DNA from: an uncultured Gammaproteobacteria bacterium
GTDB taxonomy: Bacteria; Patescibacteriota; Patescibacteriia; JAHIZJ01
Length of the DNA stretch: 64,000 nt
Assembly (NCBI GenBank): GCA_964371245.1
Contig: CAYJKP010000001.1
Location: 379,042 to 443,041, forward strand
Direction of reading: 5' to 3'
Position numbers and translations under genes: made by a program. Shown piece after piece: positions 1-10,161 of the stretch. Within the stretch, counting starts at the first letter, position 1. Each line of letters opens with the position of its first letter. The notes below the pieces were generated by a model that saw nothing but the letters and a program-made list of their open reading frames with translations, was not told the DNA's origin and ran no database searches.

Positions 1-2
1 CA

Positions 3-674
3 CTCCATATCGCCATCGTGCCAGATGGCAACCGCCGGTGGGCAAAAGCACGTCATTTGCCCACGCTTTTTGGACACAAAAAAGGCGTCGACGTTTTTGA
101 AGACGTTTGTTACGCGGCCTTGGACCGCGGCGTGAAAACAATGACCTTCTGGGCCTTTTCGACGGAAAACTGGGAACGCTCCAAGCGCGAAGTCCAATAC
201 CTTTTGAAATTGTTTGAAGAGGTGTTTACCACCCGCCTGGAAAAAATCCATCGAGAAAATATTCGTCTGGTGGTTTCGGGCCGGACGTGGGAGTTTCCGA
301 AACGGCTCCAAGCCGCTATTCAAAATGCCGTTGAGAAAACAAAACAAAATACGCGCGGCATTGTCCACCTCTGTTTGAATTACGGCGGCCGGGCGGAGAT
401 TGTCGATACGGTCAAGAAAATCGTTAAGAATCATACTGCCCCGGACAAGATTACCGAAGACACAATCTCGAAAAACCTCTATGCGCCAGGATTACCCGAG
501 CCCGACCTGATCATCCGAACATCGGGTGAGCAGCGTTTGTCCGGCTATCTTCTCTGGGAGGCCGAGTATGCGGAATTCCTTTTCGTGAAAAAGCACTGGC
601 CGGATTTCAATCGGCAGGATCTCCAGGAGGCGATCGAGGAATACCAGCGTCGGCAGCGGCGGTTTGGATCGTGA
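3..674 (+). CDS. uppS: Undecaprenyl/isoprenyl diphosphate synthase (5'-truncated at window edge)
   Basis: Frame reads LHIAIVPDGNRRWA, then AFSTENWER, LNYGGRAE and DLIIRTSGEQRLS, all cis-prenyltransferase motifs; the frame is open to the window start. Confidence 0.95.
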   Translation, partial: LHIAIVPDGNRRWAKARHLPTLFGHKKGVDVFEDVCYAALDRGVKTMTFWAFSTENWERSKREVQYLLKLFEEVFTTRLEKIHRENIRLVVSGRTWEFPKRLQAAIQNAVEKTKQNTRGIVHLCLNYGGRAEIVDTVKKIVKNHTAPDKITEDTISKNLYAPGLPEPDLIIRTSGEQRLSGYLLWEAEYAEFLFVKKHWPDFNRQDLQEAIEEYQRRQRRFGS

Positions 675-791
675 TGCTGAACGATACTTTATTGAGCGCC
701 GGCGGACAGAAACACGTCCGTTTTTTGATTTTGGCAAGCCCGTAAACATTGGAACGTCGCATAGTCATTAGCGTTGTGCTATGATGGGAAT

Positions 792-2078
792 ATGCCTGAT
801 TTATTCGACCAAAAAATGGAGCAGGAAATGGCCCGTGAAGCGCCCCTGGCTGATCGGATGCGGCCGCAGACGCTGGACGAAATCCTCGGCCAAGACGAGA
901 TCGTAGGCAAAGACAAAGTCCTGCGCCGCGCCATTGAAAATGATGAGCTTTTTTCAATGATCTTTTGGGGTCCGCCGGGCACGGGGAAAACGACCCTGGC
1001 CAGGATCATCGCGAAAATGACGAAGTCGATCTTTGTCCAGATTTCGGCCGTTACCGCCGGCATCGGCGACTTGCGCCAAATCGTAAAAAAGGCTTTTGAT
1101 GAGCGCAAATTCCACGGCCATCGGACGATCTTATTCGTCGATGAAATTCATCGCTGGAACAAAGCGCAGCAGGATTCGTTTTTGCCGCACGTGGAAAACG
1201 GCACGATCATTTTGATTGGCGCCACCACGGAAAATCCTTCATTTGAAGTCATCAGCCCGCTGTTATCGCGCTGCCGCGTGTATATATTGAAACGTTTACA
1301 AGGCGAGCACATCGGCCGGATATTGAAACAAGCGCTTCAAGATAAGAAGCGGGGATTGGGCAGTTATAAGGTGAAGATCGGAAAAAAGGCGCTCGATCTG
1401 ATTATTGACGCGTCGAACGGCGATGGCCGGACTGCCCTGAACGCGATTGAAATCGCCGTCAAAGGAACGCCGCCTGATAAGCAGGGCATTCGCCACATCC
1501 AAACCAAGACAATCGAAGAAGCGTTGCAGCATCGCTCGCTGCTCTATGACAAGAAAGGCGAGGAGCACTATAACGTTATTTCCGCCTTTATCAAGTCGCT
1601 GCGCGGCTCAAGCCCGGATGGGGCGGTCTACTGGCTGGCGCGGATGCTCGAGGCAGGGGAGGATCCGCGGTTCATCGTTCGGCGCATGGTAATTCTGGCC
1701 TCCGAGGATATTGGCAATGCCGACCCGATGGCGCTCGTGGTGGCGAACGCGGCCGCCCAGGCGGTCGAATTCGTCGGTTTGCCCGAGGCGCAATTAAATC
1801 TCGCCCAAGCCGTGGTTTACCTGGCGCTTGCCCCCAAATCCAATGCCTCCTATAAAGCTCTACTCGCGGCCAAAGCGGACGTGAAAAAAACCATGAACCA
1901 GCCCGTGCCGCTTCATTTGCGCAACGCCGTAACCGGACTCATGGAAGATATCGGCTACGGCAAAGATTATAAATATTCCCATGATTATACGCCCGTGGAA
2001 GGGAAACAAGAGTATCTACCGGATGCGTTGAAGGGAAAAAAATATTATATACCGAAAAAGAATAACACAAAGACATGA
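792..2078 (+). CDS. rarA: Replication-associated recombination protein A (AAA+ ATPase, MgsA/RarA)
   Basis: APLADRMRP, Walker A GPPGTGKT, DEIHRWNKAQQD, GATTENPSF, SAFIKSLRGS, ASEDIGNADP; ATG start at MPDLF. Confidence 0.95.
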   Translation: MPDLFDQKMEQEMAREAPLADRMRPQTLDEILGQDEIVGKDKVLRRAIENDELFSMIFWGPPGTGKTTLARIIAKMTKSIFVQISAVTAGIGDLRQIVKKAFDERKFHGHRTILFVDEIHRWNKAQQDSFLPHVENGTIILIGATTENPSFEVISPLLSRCRVYILKRLQGEHIGRILKQALQDKKRGLGSYKVKIGKKALDLIIDASNGDGRTALNAIEIAVKGTPPDKQGIRHIQTKTIEEALQHRSLLYDKKGEEHYNVISAFIKSLRGSSPDGAVYWLARMLEAGEDPRFIVRRMVILASEDIGNADPMALVVANAAAQAVEFVGLPEAQLNLAQAVVYLALAPKSNASYKALLAAKADVKKTMNQPVPLHLRNAVTGLMEDIGYGKDYKYSHDYTPVEGKQEYLPDALKGKKYYIPKKNNTKT

Positions 2079-2959
2079 ATGTCGGCATGATGCTAGCGCT
2101 TGCCTCCGGTCTGTTATGGTCGGTGACGAACATTATTGATAAAACAGTTGTCTCGAAGCATTTCACGAACCAGAAACACATTTTCGTGCCGATGAGTGTT
2201 GTGTACGTGATTCTCGGGACAGGGGCGTGGCTTTATGGCCGAGAGGGGATTTCGCCGACTCATTGCCTGGTCGTAGTCTGTTCCGGCCTGTTGTATCTGG
2301 CGACGAATTATCTATATTTCACAGCGGCGAAGCGCGAGGAGATATCGCGTGTAGTGCCGTTGTTCGCAATCAGCTCGATCTTCGTCGCTCTTTTCGGCGC
2401 CATCTGGTTGGGAGAGATTTTCCATCTTCAAACGTATTTCGGCGTCGTAGCGATCGCTTTCGGCGCGGCGCTGATCATGCTTCGGACGACCATAAGGGAG
2501 CTGATGCGGAGTCATGTACTGGGTATCATGGCGGCGGCGGCACTGGCGAACGCGATCCACGCCATACTTGTAAAATATCTGCTGGGGTTTAATAATTACT
2601 GGACGGTGTTTGGCAGTATTACCCTCGTCAACGGACTATTTGGTCTTATTATTTTTTCTTCTCAGGTGCCGGTTGTTCTGCGACTGGCAAAATCACGGGG
2701 TTGGACTGGAGTAGGCTTGGTAGCATCGTCGGAAACGATCGGCATGTTGGCTTCGCTGCTCTTTACGTTTTCAGCTTCAGTTTGGTATGTAACCCTGGCG
2801 AACGCCGTGTCTCAGATCCAGTATTTGTTTCTTTTTCTAGGGACAATTGTCGTCAGTCGATACCGGCCGAGACTTTTCCAGGAGGCGGTTACGAAACGGA
2901 CGGCTTTGCAAAAAATTGTTGCTATCGCCGCTATTATCTGCGGTGTCGTCCTACTCTAA
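2075..2959 (+). CDS. EamA/DMT family transporter
   Basis: About 10 hydrophobic helices in two repeats; EISRVVPL...LGE motif typical of EamA. Confidence 0.8.
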   Translation: MNVGMMLALASGLLWSVTNIIDKTVVSKHFTNQKHIFVPMSVVYVILGTGAWLYGREGISPTHCLVVVCSGLLYLATNYLYFTAAKREEISRVVPLFAISSIFVALFGAIWLGEIFHLQTYFGVVAIAFGAALIMLRTTIRELMRSHVLGIMAAAALANAIHAILVKYLLGFNNYWTVFGSITLVNGLFGLIIFSSQVPVVLRLAKSRGWTGVGLVASSETIGMLASLLFTFSASVWYVTLANAVSQIQYLFLFLGTIVVSRYRPRLFQEAVTKRTALQKIVAIAAIICGVVLL

Positions 2960-3009
2960 CCAAGATATGAATTTACAACCACTCCGTTTTTTGCTATGGT
3001 GGAAGTACT

Positions 3010-3342
3010 ATGACCGACGAAAAATGGCAGGAAACAAAGGGTAAAATAAAGGATACGTTTGACGTGCTCGACGAACGCACCGAAGATCTCATTGACGAGC
3101 CGGGAACGGCTGAAACGATTGAGTTTGTCGGGCCGCTGGGACGGATGCGCTTAGAACGTATCACAAAGCCGGTTGTCATCGGAGAACGGGCGATTGGGGC
3201 GCGTCGGATTGGTTCCCAGAAGACGGTTCAAAAAGAATATTCACCCGACGAAAAAGTGCATTACATAAAAGCCTATAAATTCGACGAAGCGACCGAAGAA
3301 TGGGTGGAAATCGAAATTGAGCCAACCTTATATTCTACCTAA
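3010..3342 (+). CDS. Hypothetical protein (acidic, CPR-type)
   Basis: 110-aa ORF with ATG start and protein-like composition; no recognisable motif. Confidence 0.7.
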   Translation: MTDEKWQETKGKIKDTFDVLDERTEDLIDEPGTAETIEFVGPLGRMRLERITKPVVIGERAIGARRIGSQKTVQKEYSPDEKVHYIKAYKFDEATEEWVEIEIEPTLYST

Positions 3343-3352
3343 TAATACGCCT

Positions 3353-3688
3353 ATGTTGTTTCAAAGCGAAAAACCAAAAATGATACCGTATGGGATTTAT
3401 GCAGGTTTGCTCGAAGGCGTTTACATCGCGCTAGTGGGCTTGTTCATGATTAACGCAAATAAGTTATTTGGTTCTAACCAGGGGGATACGCCGGCGTCGT
3501 TTATTATCTTTCTCCTGTTATTTGTTTTTAGCGCCGGCTTGTCCGGCCTGATTGTTTTCAGCTATCCGGTTTTTCTCGTTACCCAAAGGAAGTTCCGGGA
3601 GGCAGTTCTGACGGTGTTGGTTACGCTCGTGACGCTCCTATTTCTATTTATCCTGTCATATCTATTGTTTGTCGTGGTGGTTTCATGA
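3353..3688 (+). CDS. Small membrane protein (3 TM)
   Basis: Three hydrophobic segments; ATG at MLFQSEK. Confidence 0.7.
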   Translation: MLFQSEKPKMIPYGIYAGLLEGVYIALVGLFMINANKLFGSNQGDTPASFIIFLLLFVFSAGLSGLIVFSYPVFLVTQRKFREAVLTVLVTLVTLLFLFILSYLLFVVVVS

Positions 3689-4257
3689 GACTCGGCACTA
3701 TCAGTAGCAAAAAGCGGCATTGGACGCGACAAACGAAAACTAAGGACAGGCAAGCCTCATTTGCCAGTCGAATACATCCGACAAATGTACGCAATTCGGG
3801 TCGTCGAATGGTCAATAAATTTTTTGATTCGACGTTTTTAGCGGTTCGACGCGTGGCCGTGGTAACATCGTCGTTTCAGCCGAAAAGGAAAATACATCAA
3901 AACTGCGAGCTGCTTGAACAAATAACTGAGCTGCTCGCCAGCCCGAGCGAGGTGGTGCGGCTTTCAGCTCTTCAGGCCTACCTCCAGCTGCCCCTGCCGT
4001 TGGCCGAGTATCGCACAATTGCATTCCACGGACTAACGATTGGCTTGCGGGATCAACAGCCGCGCGTCCGTCGGCAAGCCGTTGTTTTGCTGGGCCAGTT
4101 TATCGAGGTGTATGCGGATCATTGGGAACACGGCATTCCTTTGCTGAACGATTGTTGTCACGATTCGGCAACGTCAGTGGCGAAAAAGGCATATGAAATT
4201 ATACAGCAGCAACACGCCAAAAAAGCAAAAATACAGAAAACATATTTGGTGAGATAG
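3685..4257 (+). CDS. HEAT-repeat-like protein
   Basis: Repeated L.D....VR..A...L patterns (LASPSEVVRLSAL; LRDQQPRVRRQAV; HDSATSVAKKA); start codon uncertain. Confidence 0.55.
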   Translation: MRLGTISSKKRHWTRQTKTKDRQASFASRIHPTNVRNSGRRMVNKFFDSTFLAVRRVAVVTSSFQPKRKIHQNCELLEQITELLASPSEVVRLSALQAYLQLPLPLAEYRTIAFHGLTIGLRDQQPRVRRQAVVLLGQFIEVYADHWEHGIPLLNDCCHDSATSVAKKAYEIIQQQHAKKAKIQKTYLVR

Positions 4258-4261
4258 TTCA

Positions 4262-5134
4262 ATGCCGGAGTTACCCGAGGTTGAAACAGTTAAAAACGAC
4301 CTGAGACCGCTTCTGCTAAGGAAGCGGATTGTTGATATTGAGGTGCGCTTGCCAAAAATTGTGAAGGTCCCGGTCGCGCAATTCGTTCGACAGATCAAGC
4401 GTGCTCATATCCGCGACGTTCGACGACGCGCGAAAATTCTTTTAATCGATTTGGATAATGGTGCGACGATTTGTATTCATCTCAAGATGTCGGGTCAATT
4501 AATCCTCGCGTCGCGACGCGGCCTCGAGGGTGTCGGCGGACATCAGATTGTCGGTGGAACAGAACATTTACCGAATAAATACACACACGTGATATTTCGA
4601 TTGAGCGGGTCGCGCGTGCTGTATTTTAATGATTTGCGTCAATTCGGGTATCTTACTATCATGCGCACTGATGAATTAGATGCGTTTTTTTCAGAAAAAA
4701 AACTTGGACCCGAGCCATTCCAACGATCATTTAGTATTGATTATTTTACCGGCCAACTTCAACGAAAACGGAAGACGATGATAAAAACGGCGCTGCTCGA
4801 TCAGGCCATGGTTGTCGGGTTAGGCAACATTTATACCGACGAAGTTTTATTTGCCGCGCGGATCAAGCCGACTCGGCGGGTGCACAGCCTCCGTCAGGCC
4901 GAGAAACGCGCCATCTATGACCGGATTAAGTCGATCTTGCGTACCGCCATTCGTCTCCGCGGGACTACCTTTCGCCATTTCCGTGATGGGCGCGGGCAAC
5001 GTGGCAATATGCTCGAATATCTAATGGTTTACGGTCGTTCCGACCAGTTGTGTCGTCGATGCAAAAAAGGTACAATACAAAAGATCCGGCTGGGCAGCCG
5101 GTCGAGTAGCTACTGTCCCGTTTGTCAGCAGTAG
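4262..5134 (+). CDS. mutM: Formamidopyrimidine-DNA glycosylase
   Basis: N-terminal PELPEVET, HLKMSG, GLGNIYTDE, C-terminal zinc finger CRRC...CPVCQ. Confidence 0.96.
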   Translation: MPELPEVETVKNDLRPLLLRKRIVDIEVRLPKIVKVPVAQFVRQIKRAHIRDVRRRAKILLIDLDNGATICIHLKMSGQLILASRRGLEGVGGHQIVGGTEHLPNKYTHVIFRLSGSRVLYFNDLRQFGYLTIMRTDELDAFFSEKKLGPEPFQRSFSIDYFTGQLQRKRKTMIKTALLDQAMVVGLGNIYTDEVLFAARIKPTRRVHSLRQAEKRAIYDRIKSILRTAIRLRGTTFRHFRDGRGQRGNMLEYLMVYGRSDQLCRRCKKGTIQKIRLGSRSSSYCPVCQQ

Positions 5135-5137
5135 TAA

Positions 5138-5575
5138 TTAGAAGATGAACAGGAAATACAAGCAGCTGATGGCAACGCCGATCAATCCGCCGACAAACGC
5201 TTCCAGCGGGGTATGACCGACTTTTTCATCTAAACGATTGGGAAATTTCAAAGCCTCTGATTGCGGCAATTCGCGTACTAGCATATTCAACATCCGCCCG
5301 TGGGTGCCGAGATACCGCCGAAAACCGATGGCGTCACGGACGATGATGGCTGAGAGGATGAAGACAACGGCAAAGATAGGCGAGTCAATTCCTTCGCTGA
5401 TGCCGATGGCCGTGGTCAGCGAGGCGACAAAAGCCGTATGCGCTGAGGGCATGCCGCCATAGCGATTCAGCATGTGCCATTGGACATTGCCATGCCAGGA
5501 CGCCCGGACAAATTTAAACACCTGAGTAATTATTCCGGCCGTGAGCGAAGCTAATAATATTTTTGGTAAATCCAT
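5138..5575 (-). CDS. Divergent PAP2 family protein (DUF212)
   Basis: GGMPSAHTA, DA.G.RR and GHTPLEA..G motifs. Confidence 0.88.
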   Translation of the reverse strand: MDLPKILLASLTAGIITQVFKFVRASWHGNVQWHMLNRYGGMPSAHTAFVASLTTAIGISEGIDSPIFAVVFILSAIIVRDAIGFRRYLGTHGRMLNMLVRELPQSEALKFPNRLDEKVGHTPLEAFVGGLIGVAISCLYFLFIF

Positions 5576-5581
5576 CGTCGT

Positions 5582-6403
5582 ATGATCTATCTCTTTTCAG
5601 TGATCTTCGGGGTGATTCAAGGGCTAACTGAGTTTTTGCCCATTTCGAGTACCGCCCATCTCATTATCTTACATCGTCTTTGGCCGATTGAGGTGGCCTC
5701 GGATTTGGGCTATGATGTCGTTCTTCACGGCGGCACGTTGCTGGCCTTGTTGGCGTATTTCAGGAAAGACGTGGTTCGGTATCTGGCAGGATTTTTCAGA
5801 AGTTTTCGGCGCTGGGACCCGCGCCATGACCATGATCAGCGCCTTGCCTGGTTGATTATCATCGGATCAATACCAGCCGGACTGATTGGCTATGCGTTTG
5901 AGGCTAATATCGAGGAACAGTTGCGCTCGCTTTGGGTGATCGTGGCAACATTATTCGTCGGGGCGGTGTTGTTTTTCATCGTCGAACGCGTGAGTAGAAA
6001 GAATAGAGAAATTGAGACGATTGGCACGGGGACGGCGGTTATCGTCGGTCTGGCACAAGCCCTCGCGCTCATCCCCGGCATTTCCCGTTCCGGCATAACT
6101 ATTATAGCAGGTTTATTCGCTGGGTTGAAGCGAGCGGCCGCCGCCCGGTTCGCGTTTCTTCTCTCCATCCCCATTATTTTTGGCGCGGGATTAAAAAAAA
6201 TCCTTGAATTAGTACAACAAGGAGCTTTGGCTCAGCACCCGCTCGTTTACCTGGTTGGATTGATCGCCAGTATTATCAGCGGCTACCTTTGTATAAAATA
6301 TTTCTTGCGGTTTTTACAGAACCGCTCACTGATACCATTTGCGTATTACCGTCTTGTCCTGGGCGTCGGTTTGGCCATATTATTGCTTGCGGGCGTGTTA
6401 TGA
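5582..6403 (+). CDS. uppP: Undecaprenyl-diphosphate phosphatase (BacA)
   Basis: QGLTEFLPISSTAH and PGISRSGITI motifs. Confidence 0.96.
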   Translation: MIYLFSVIFGVIQGLTEFLPISSTAHLIILHRLWPIEVASDLGYDVVLHGGTLLALLAYFRKDVVRYLAGFFRSFRRWDPRHDHDQRLAWLIIIGSIPAGLIGYAFEANIEEQLRSLWVIVATLFVGAVLFFIVERVSRKNREIETIGTGTAVIVGLAQALALIPGISRSGITIIAGLFAGLKRAAAARFAFLLSIPIIFGAGLKKILELVQQGALAQHPLVYLVGLIASIISGYLCIKYFLRFLQNRSLIPFAYYRLVLGVGLAILLLAGVL

Positions 6404-7213
6404 CACAACCACAAAGACTGCGATAACGGCCACGACCGTGACAATTCTTTTCACGAAGGCAAGAAAGAGCCTCCGCTCGGTCAAAAAAGCCAGCAGGCTG
6501 ACGATAAGCAGGAAATACCCGCCCAGGACGGCCGCCAAGACAGCGGGGGACTTCGGTGCTGATTGCAACGTCGGCCGATCGCGCAGAATCGAGGCCGCTG
6601 ACGCGACATAGCCGGTATTTTCTTCTGGATTGAGATAGTTTGCGTCAACCAGTGTTTCGGATTTTTTCGGAAGCGTGGCGGCATTGACGAGGGTAGCGCT
6701 CGGCACAATGAAATCATTTCGGCTCCCGAATAGCTGGACCGTGACAGTGGTCATTTTTCCATCACGCATGGCGCTCGTGGTGGCAATACCGATTTCTTGA
6801 TAATCCGGGAACAGAATATTCTCGCGGTGGCTTGGACTGTCCATCCAGGCTTGAAATTCCGTACGGGCATCGCCGTAATTGATCGCCAGATTCTCGCCCG
6901 CAAAAATATAGGGATAACCGCTTGCTTCGAAGAAATACCACGGCTTTTTCCCATCGGGCGTATCGTGATCAAAATAGTTTTTTGCAAACATATCTTCAGC
7001 CTTGAGTTTCGCCGCGGCCACGAGCTGTTGATTAATAACCAGCGTATGCAAGTGGTTTTCAAGGCGCGCTTGGTTCGTGAGATAGACGAGGTCGAGCGTC
7101 GGTTGCGCCACTGTTGCCTGGGCCGTTGGCACAACGAAAAAAAGTAGGCCGAAAAGTCCTACTCCAATTGAGAAAATCTTGGCTGATGGCCAATAGCGCG
7201 AAATGTGAAGCAT
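6398..7213 (-). CDS. CAP (SCP) domain protein with N-terminal signal/TM and C-terminal TM
   Basis: TNQAR..., KAEDMFAKNYFDH.TPDG, AGENLA, WMDSPSHRENIL. Confidence 0.88.
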   Translation of the reverse strand: MLHISRYWPSAKIFSIGVGLFGLLFFVVPTAQATVAQPTLDLVYLTNQARLENHLHTLVINQQLVAAAKLKAEDMFAKNYFDHDTPDGKKPWYFFEASGYPYIFAGENLAINYGDARTEFQAWMDSPSHRENILFPDYQEIGIATTSAMRDGKMTTVTVQLFGSRNDFIVPSATLVNAATLPKKSETLVDANYLNPEENTGYVASAASILRDRPTLQSAPKSPAVLAAVLGGYFLLIVSLLAFLTERRLFLAFVKRIVTVVAVIAVFVVVS

Positions 7214-7271
7214 GTGTTTTTGTTTTTTGTTTCTATCATAAGTATAGCATATTTAATGGAAAAAATCAACC

Positions 7272-7922
7272 ATGAAGAAATTGATCGATGAATTGATCCG
7301 CGACGACTATCTGAAGACGCCGCGTATAATCGAAGCGTTTCGAAAAATCGATCGAACCGATTTTCTGCCATCCGCCGGAAAAAGCGCCGCGTCGCTTCGT
7401 GACGAGTCGGAGATTAATGCACCGTTGCCAACTGCCTTTGGCCAGACAATCTCTCAACCGCTGACCGTGGCGATAATGCTGGAACTGCTTCAGCCATCAG
7501 CCGGTGATCACGTACTCGATATCGGCAGCGGTTCCGGTTGGACCGCCTGTTTACTGGCCGCGCTGGTCGGAAAAAAAGGGCAGGTGACTAGTCTCGAACG
7601 CATACCCGAACTAAAAGCATTTGCTGAGGAAAATACGAGAAAGTATGCGTTTCCGCATATTACATACCTCGTTGCTGATGGTTGGCGTGGGTATGAGCCG
7701 AACGCGCCATACGACGTTATTCATGTGGCCGCTGCGGCGACCGAGGTACCGGGTGATTTGGTTCAGCAGTTACGGCCGGGTGGACGTCTCTGCCTTCCCG
7801 TTGGCTCAGTCGGACAGGACCTGGTGTTAATAACGAAGAAACCAGACGGTCAGACCACGGAAAAACGCTATCCCGGCTTTGTTTTTGTTCCGCTCGTGCG
7901 CGATGAGAAGAAGGAAAATTGA
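7272..7922 (+). CDS. pcm: Protein-L-isoaspartate O-methyltransferase
   Basis: GQTISQP, VLDIGSGSGW, APYDVIHVAA, FVPLV. Confidence 0.94.
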   Translation: MKKLIDELIRDDYLKTPRIIEAFRKIDRTDFLPSAGKSAASLRDESEINAPLPTAFGQTISQPLTVAIMLELLQPSAGDHVLDIGSGSGWTACLLAALVGKKGQVTSLERIPELKAFAEENTRKYAFPHITYLVADGWRGYEPNAPYDVIHVAAAATEVPGDLVQQLRPGGRLCLPVGSVGQDLVLITKKPDGQTTEKRYPGFVFVPLVRDEKKEN

Positions 7923-8015
7923 ATTACATGACAAAATTAAAATATTTTGGTACAATATAGGCGGGTATACTTGCCCGTTTTTTCAGACTAATTTCATTGT
8001 TATCGATTAGCGATT

Positions 8016-9101
8016 ATGAAAATCGTCATCCGCGCCGGTGGCAGCGGTACGCGCCTCTGGCCAATCTCGAGGCAGAAAAAGCCGAAACATTTCTTACCGC
8101 TGCTCGGCTCGCGCTCGCTCATGGAAGAGAAAGTCGACGAGCTGAGGCCATTACTGAACCGGTGGAGTGATTTGTATATTTCCGTATCGCGGCCATTCGT
8201 ACCATTGGTGCGGAAACTTGTACCGCGGCTGCCCGAAAAAAACATCATTGCCGAACCGTGCGGCCGGAACACTGGCCCGGCGATCGCTCTTGAAACAGCG
8301 ATTATTGAGGCAGCGGCGCGCGGTAAGGACGACCCAGTGATCGCCAGTCTGACGGTTGACGACGTTTTTTCCGAGGCTGGACGTTTTCGGGATGCGTTAC
8401 GCGCGTCGGAGAAATTTTTGCAGCATCACCCCTTGTGGATTGTCGCCATTGCCTCATCGGTCAAAAAGCCCGATCCGGGCTTGAGTTACATCGAGCGTGG
8501 CCGGACAATGACGCGCTACGGCGGCCAAGCGTTTTCCCGCTCGCTCCGGTGGATCGAGAAGCCGTCCGGCGTTCAATTGACGCGGCTTTTTAAAAACCCA
8601 AACGTGTACGCGCATACTGGTTTGTATGTCTGGAAGGCGTCCACGATACTCTCGCTATTTGAAAAGCACGAACCCAACGTCTACGCATTGAGCCGCCGTA
8701 TTCAACAGTATTACGGTCGTGCCGCCTTTACTCGAAGATTACAACAGTACTTTACCGCCATGCCGTCCCTGACCATCGAAGAAGCGGTGGCGCGGAAAGC
8801 AAAGAATATCGCCGTGGCCGCCGGTGACTTTGGCTGGAGCGACACGGGCAAATGGTATTTGGTCAAGGACCTCATCTCTGAGGGAAAAAATAATGTTACC
8901 CGGGGGCGCGTCGTCACTGTCGGCACTGAGGATTCGCTCATTTACAGTCCGCGCGGAAAAGTTGCCGGGATTGTCGGGGTGAGAGGACTGATCGTCGTCG
9001 ATACGGGTGACGCTTTGCTGGTTTGTCCAAAAGATCGCTCCGGCGACGTGAAAACGCTCGTTGACCGGCTGAAAGAATATAAATTAAACCGCTATCTCTA
9101 A
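8016..9101 (+). CDS. manC: Mannose-1-phosphate guanylyltransferase-like sugar-phosphate nucleotidyltransferase
   Basis: AGGSGTRLWPISR..KPK, EPCGRNTGPA, FGWSDTG, DTGDALLV. Confidence 0.85.
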   Translation: MKIVIRAGGSGTRLWPISRQKKPKHFLPLLGSRSLMEEKVDELRPLLNRWSDLYISVSRPFVPLVRKLVPRLPEKNIIAEPCGRNTGPAIALETAIIEAAARGKDDPVIASLTVDDVFSEAGRFRDALRASEKFLQHHPLWIVAIASSVKKPDPGLSYIERGRTMTRYGGQAFSRSLRWIEKPSGVQLTRLFKNPNVYAHTGLYVWKASTILSLFEKHEPNVYALSRRIQQYYGRAAFTRRLQQYFTAMPSLTIEEAVARKAKNIAVAAGDFGWSDTGKWYLVKDLISEGKNNVTRGRVVTVGTEDSLIYSPRGKVAGIVGVRGLIVVDTGDALLVCPKDRSGDVKTLVDRLKEYKLNRYL

Positions 9102-9102
9102 C

Positions 9103-10161
9103 ATGCGAGTTTTTACCATTATTATCATCATCCTGGCCGTGATCGTGGTCTTTGCGGGTTTGGGGTTTTTATATTTCACCAGCTTATTGAATGCACCTCA
9201 AACGGGAGCCAGCGTGAAAACCGTCACCTTTGAAATCACTTCGGGCCAGGGAGTGAAAGAAATAAGCAAAAACCTTCACACCGCCGGTCTTATCCGCAGC
9301 GCGACCGCCTTTGAATATTACGTCTGGATGGAGGGGGTTGGAAGCGACATCCAGGCCGGAAAATACGAGCTAAATACTGGCCAGAAAGCAAGTGCCATCA
9401 TCGAAAAGATAACCAAGGGCGACGTTACGGAAAACGAGGTGGAATTTCAAGTTCTTGAGGGATGGAGCATGGTTGATATCGCCGAACAGTATGGCGAGAC
9501 GTTTTCCAGCCTGCAAAACAAAAGCCTCTCGGCCTTAAAAGAGGACTTTTTGAAGGCGGCGGCCACGACCGATTCGCGGAAGCTCATACCCGGCGAAGCG
9601 TATTCATTCCTCTCCGACAAGCCAAAAACGGCCGGCCTGGAGGGGTATCTTTTTCCGGATACCTATCGGCTCTATGACACCGCCACACCCAGCCAGGTTG
9701 TCCAGAAGATGCTTGATAATTTTGGCGATAAGGTGACGGACGAGCTCCGTCAAAAAATCAGCGCGCAGGGTTTAACGCTTTTTCAGGGCGTCACCTTGGC
9801 TTCAATAATTGAGAAAGAGGTGCGGACCGATCAAGATAAAAAGATCGTGGCGGATTTATTCCTCCGGCGCATGGCTGCCGGCATACCGCTTCAGTCAGAC
9901 GCGACGGTCAATTATGTTACCGGCAAAAGCGCGCTCCAGCCGACGATCGACGACACGAAAACAGAGTCATTGTATAATACCTATCTACATCAAGGCCTGC
10001 CGCCCGGTCCGATCTGCAATCCGTCGTTGGCCAGCCTCGCCGCCGTGGCCAGTCCGCAGCCGAATGAGTATTTCTACTATTTGAACACGCCTGAGGGCGA
10101 GACGATATTTAGCAAAACGTTCGAAGAGCACAAGCTCAATAAAGCAAAATATCTTCAATGA
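9103..10161 (+). CDS. mltG: Endolytic murein transglycosylase MltG (YceG)
   Basis: N-terminal TM, LEGYLFPDTY, LASIIEKE, LQSDAT, YNTY...GLPPGPICNP. Confidence 0.94.
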   Translation: MRVFTIIIIILAVIVVFAGLGFLYFTSLLNAPQTGASVKTVTFEITSGQGVKEISKNLHTAGLIRSATAFEYYVWMEGVGSDIQAGKYELNTGQKASAIIEKITKGDVTENEVEFQVLEGWSMVDIAEQYGETFSSLQNKSLSALKEDFLKAAATTDSRKLIPGEAYSFLSDKPKTAGLEGYLFPDTYRLYDTATPSQVVQKMLDNFGDKVTDELRQKISAQGLTLFQGVTLASIIEKEVRTDQDKKIVADLFLRRMAAGIPLQSDATVNYVTGKSALQPTIDDTKTESLYNTYLHQGLPPGPICNPSLASLAAVASPQPNEYFYYLNTPEGETIFSKTFEEHKLNKAKYLQ

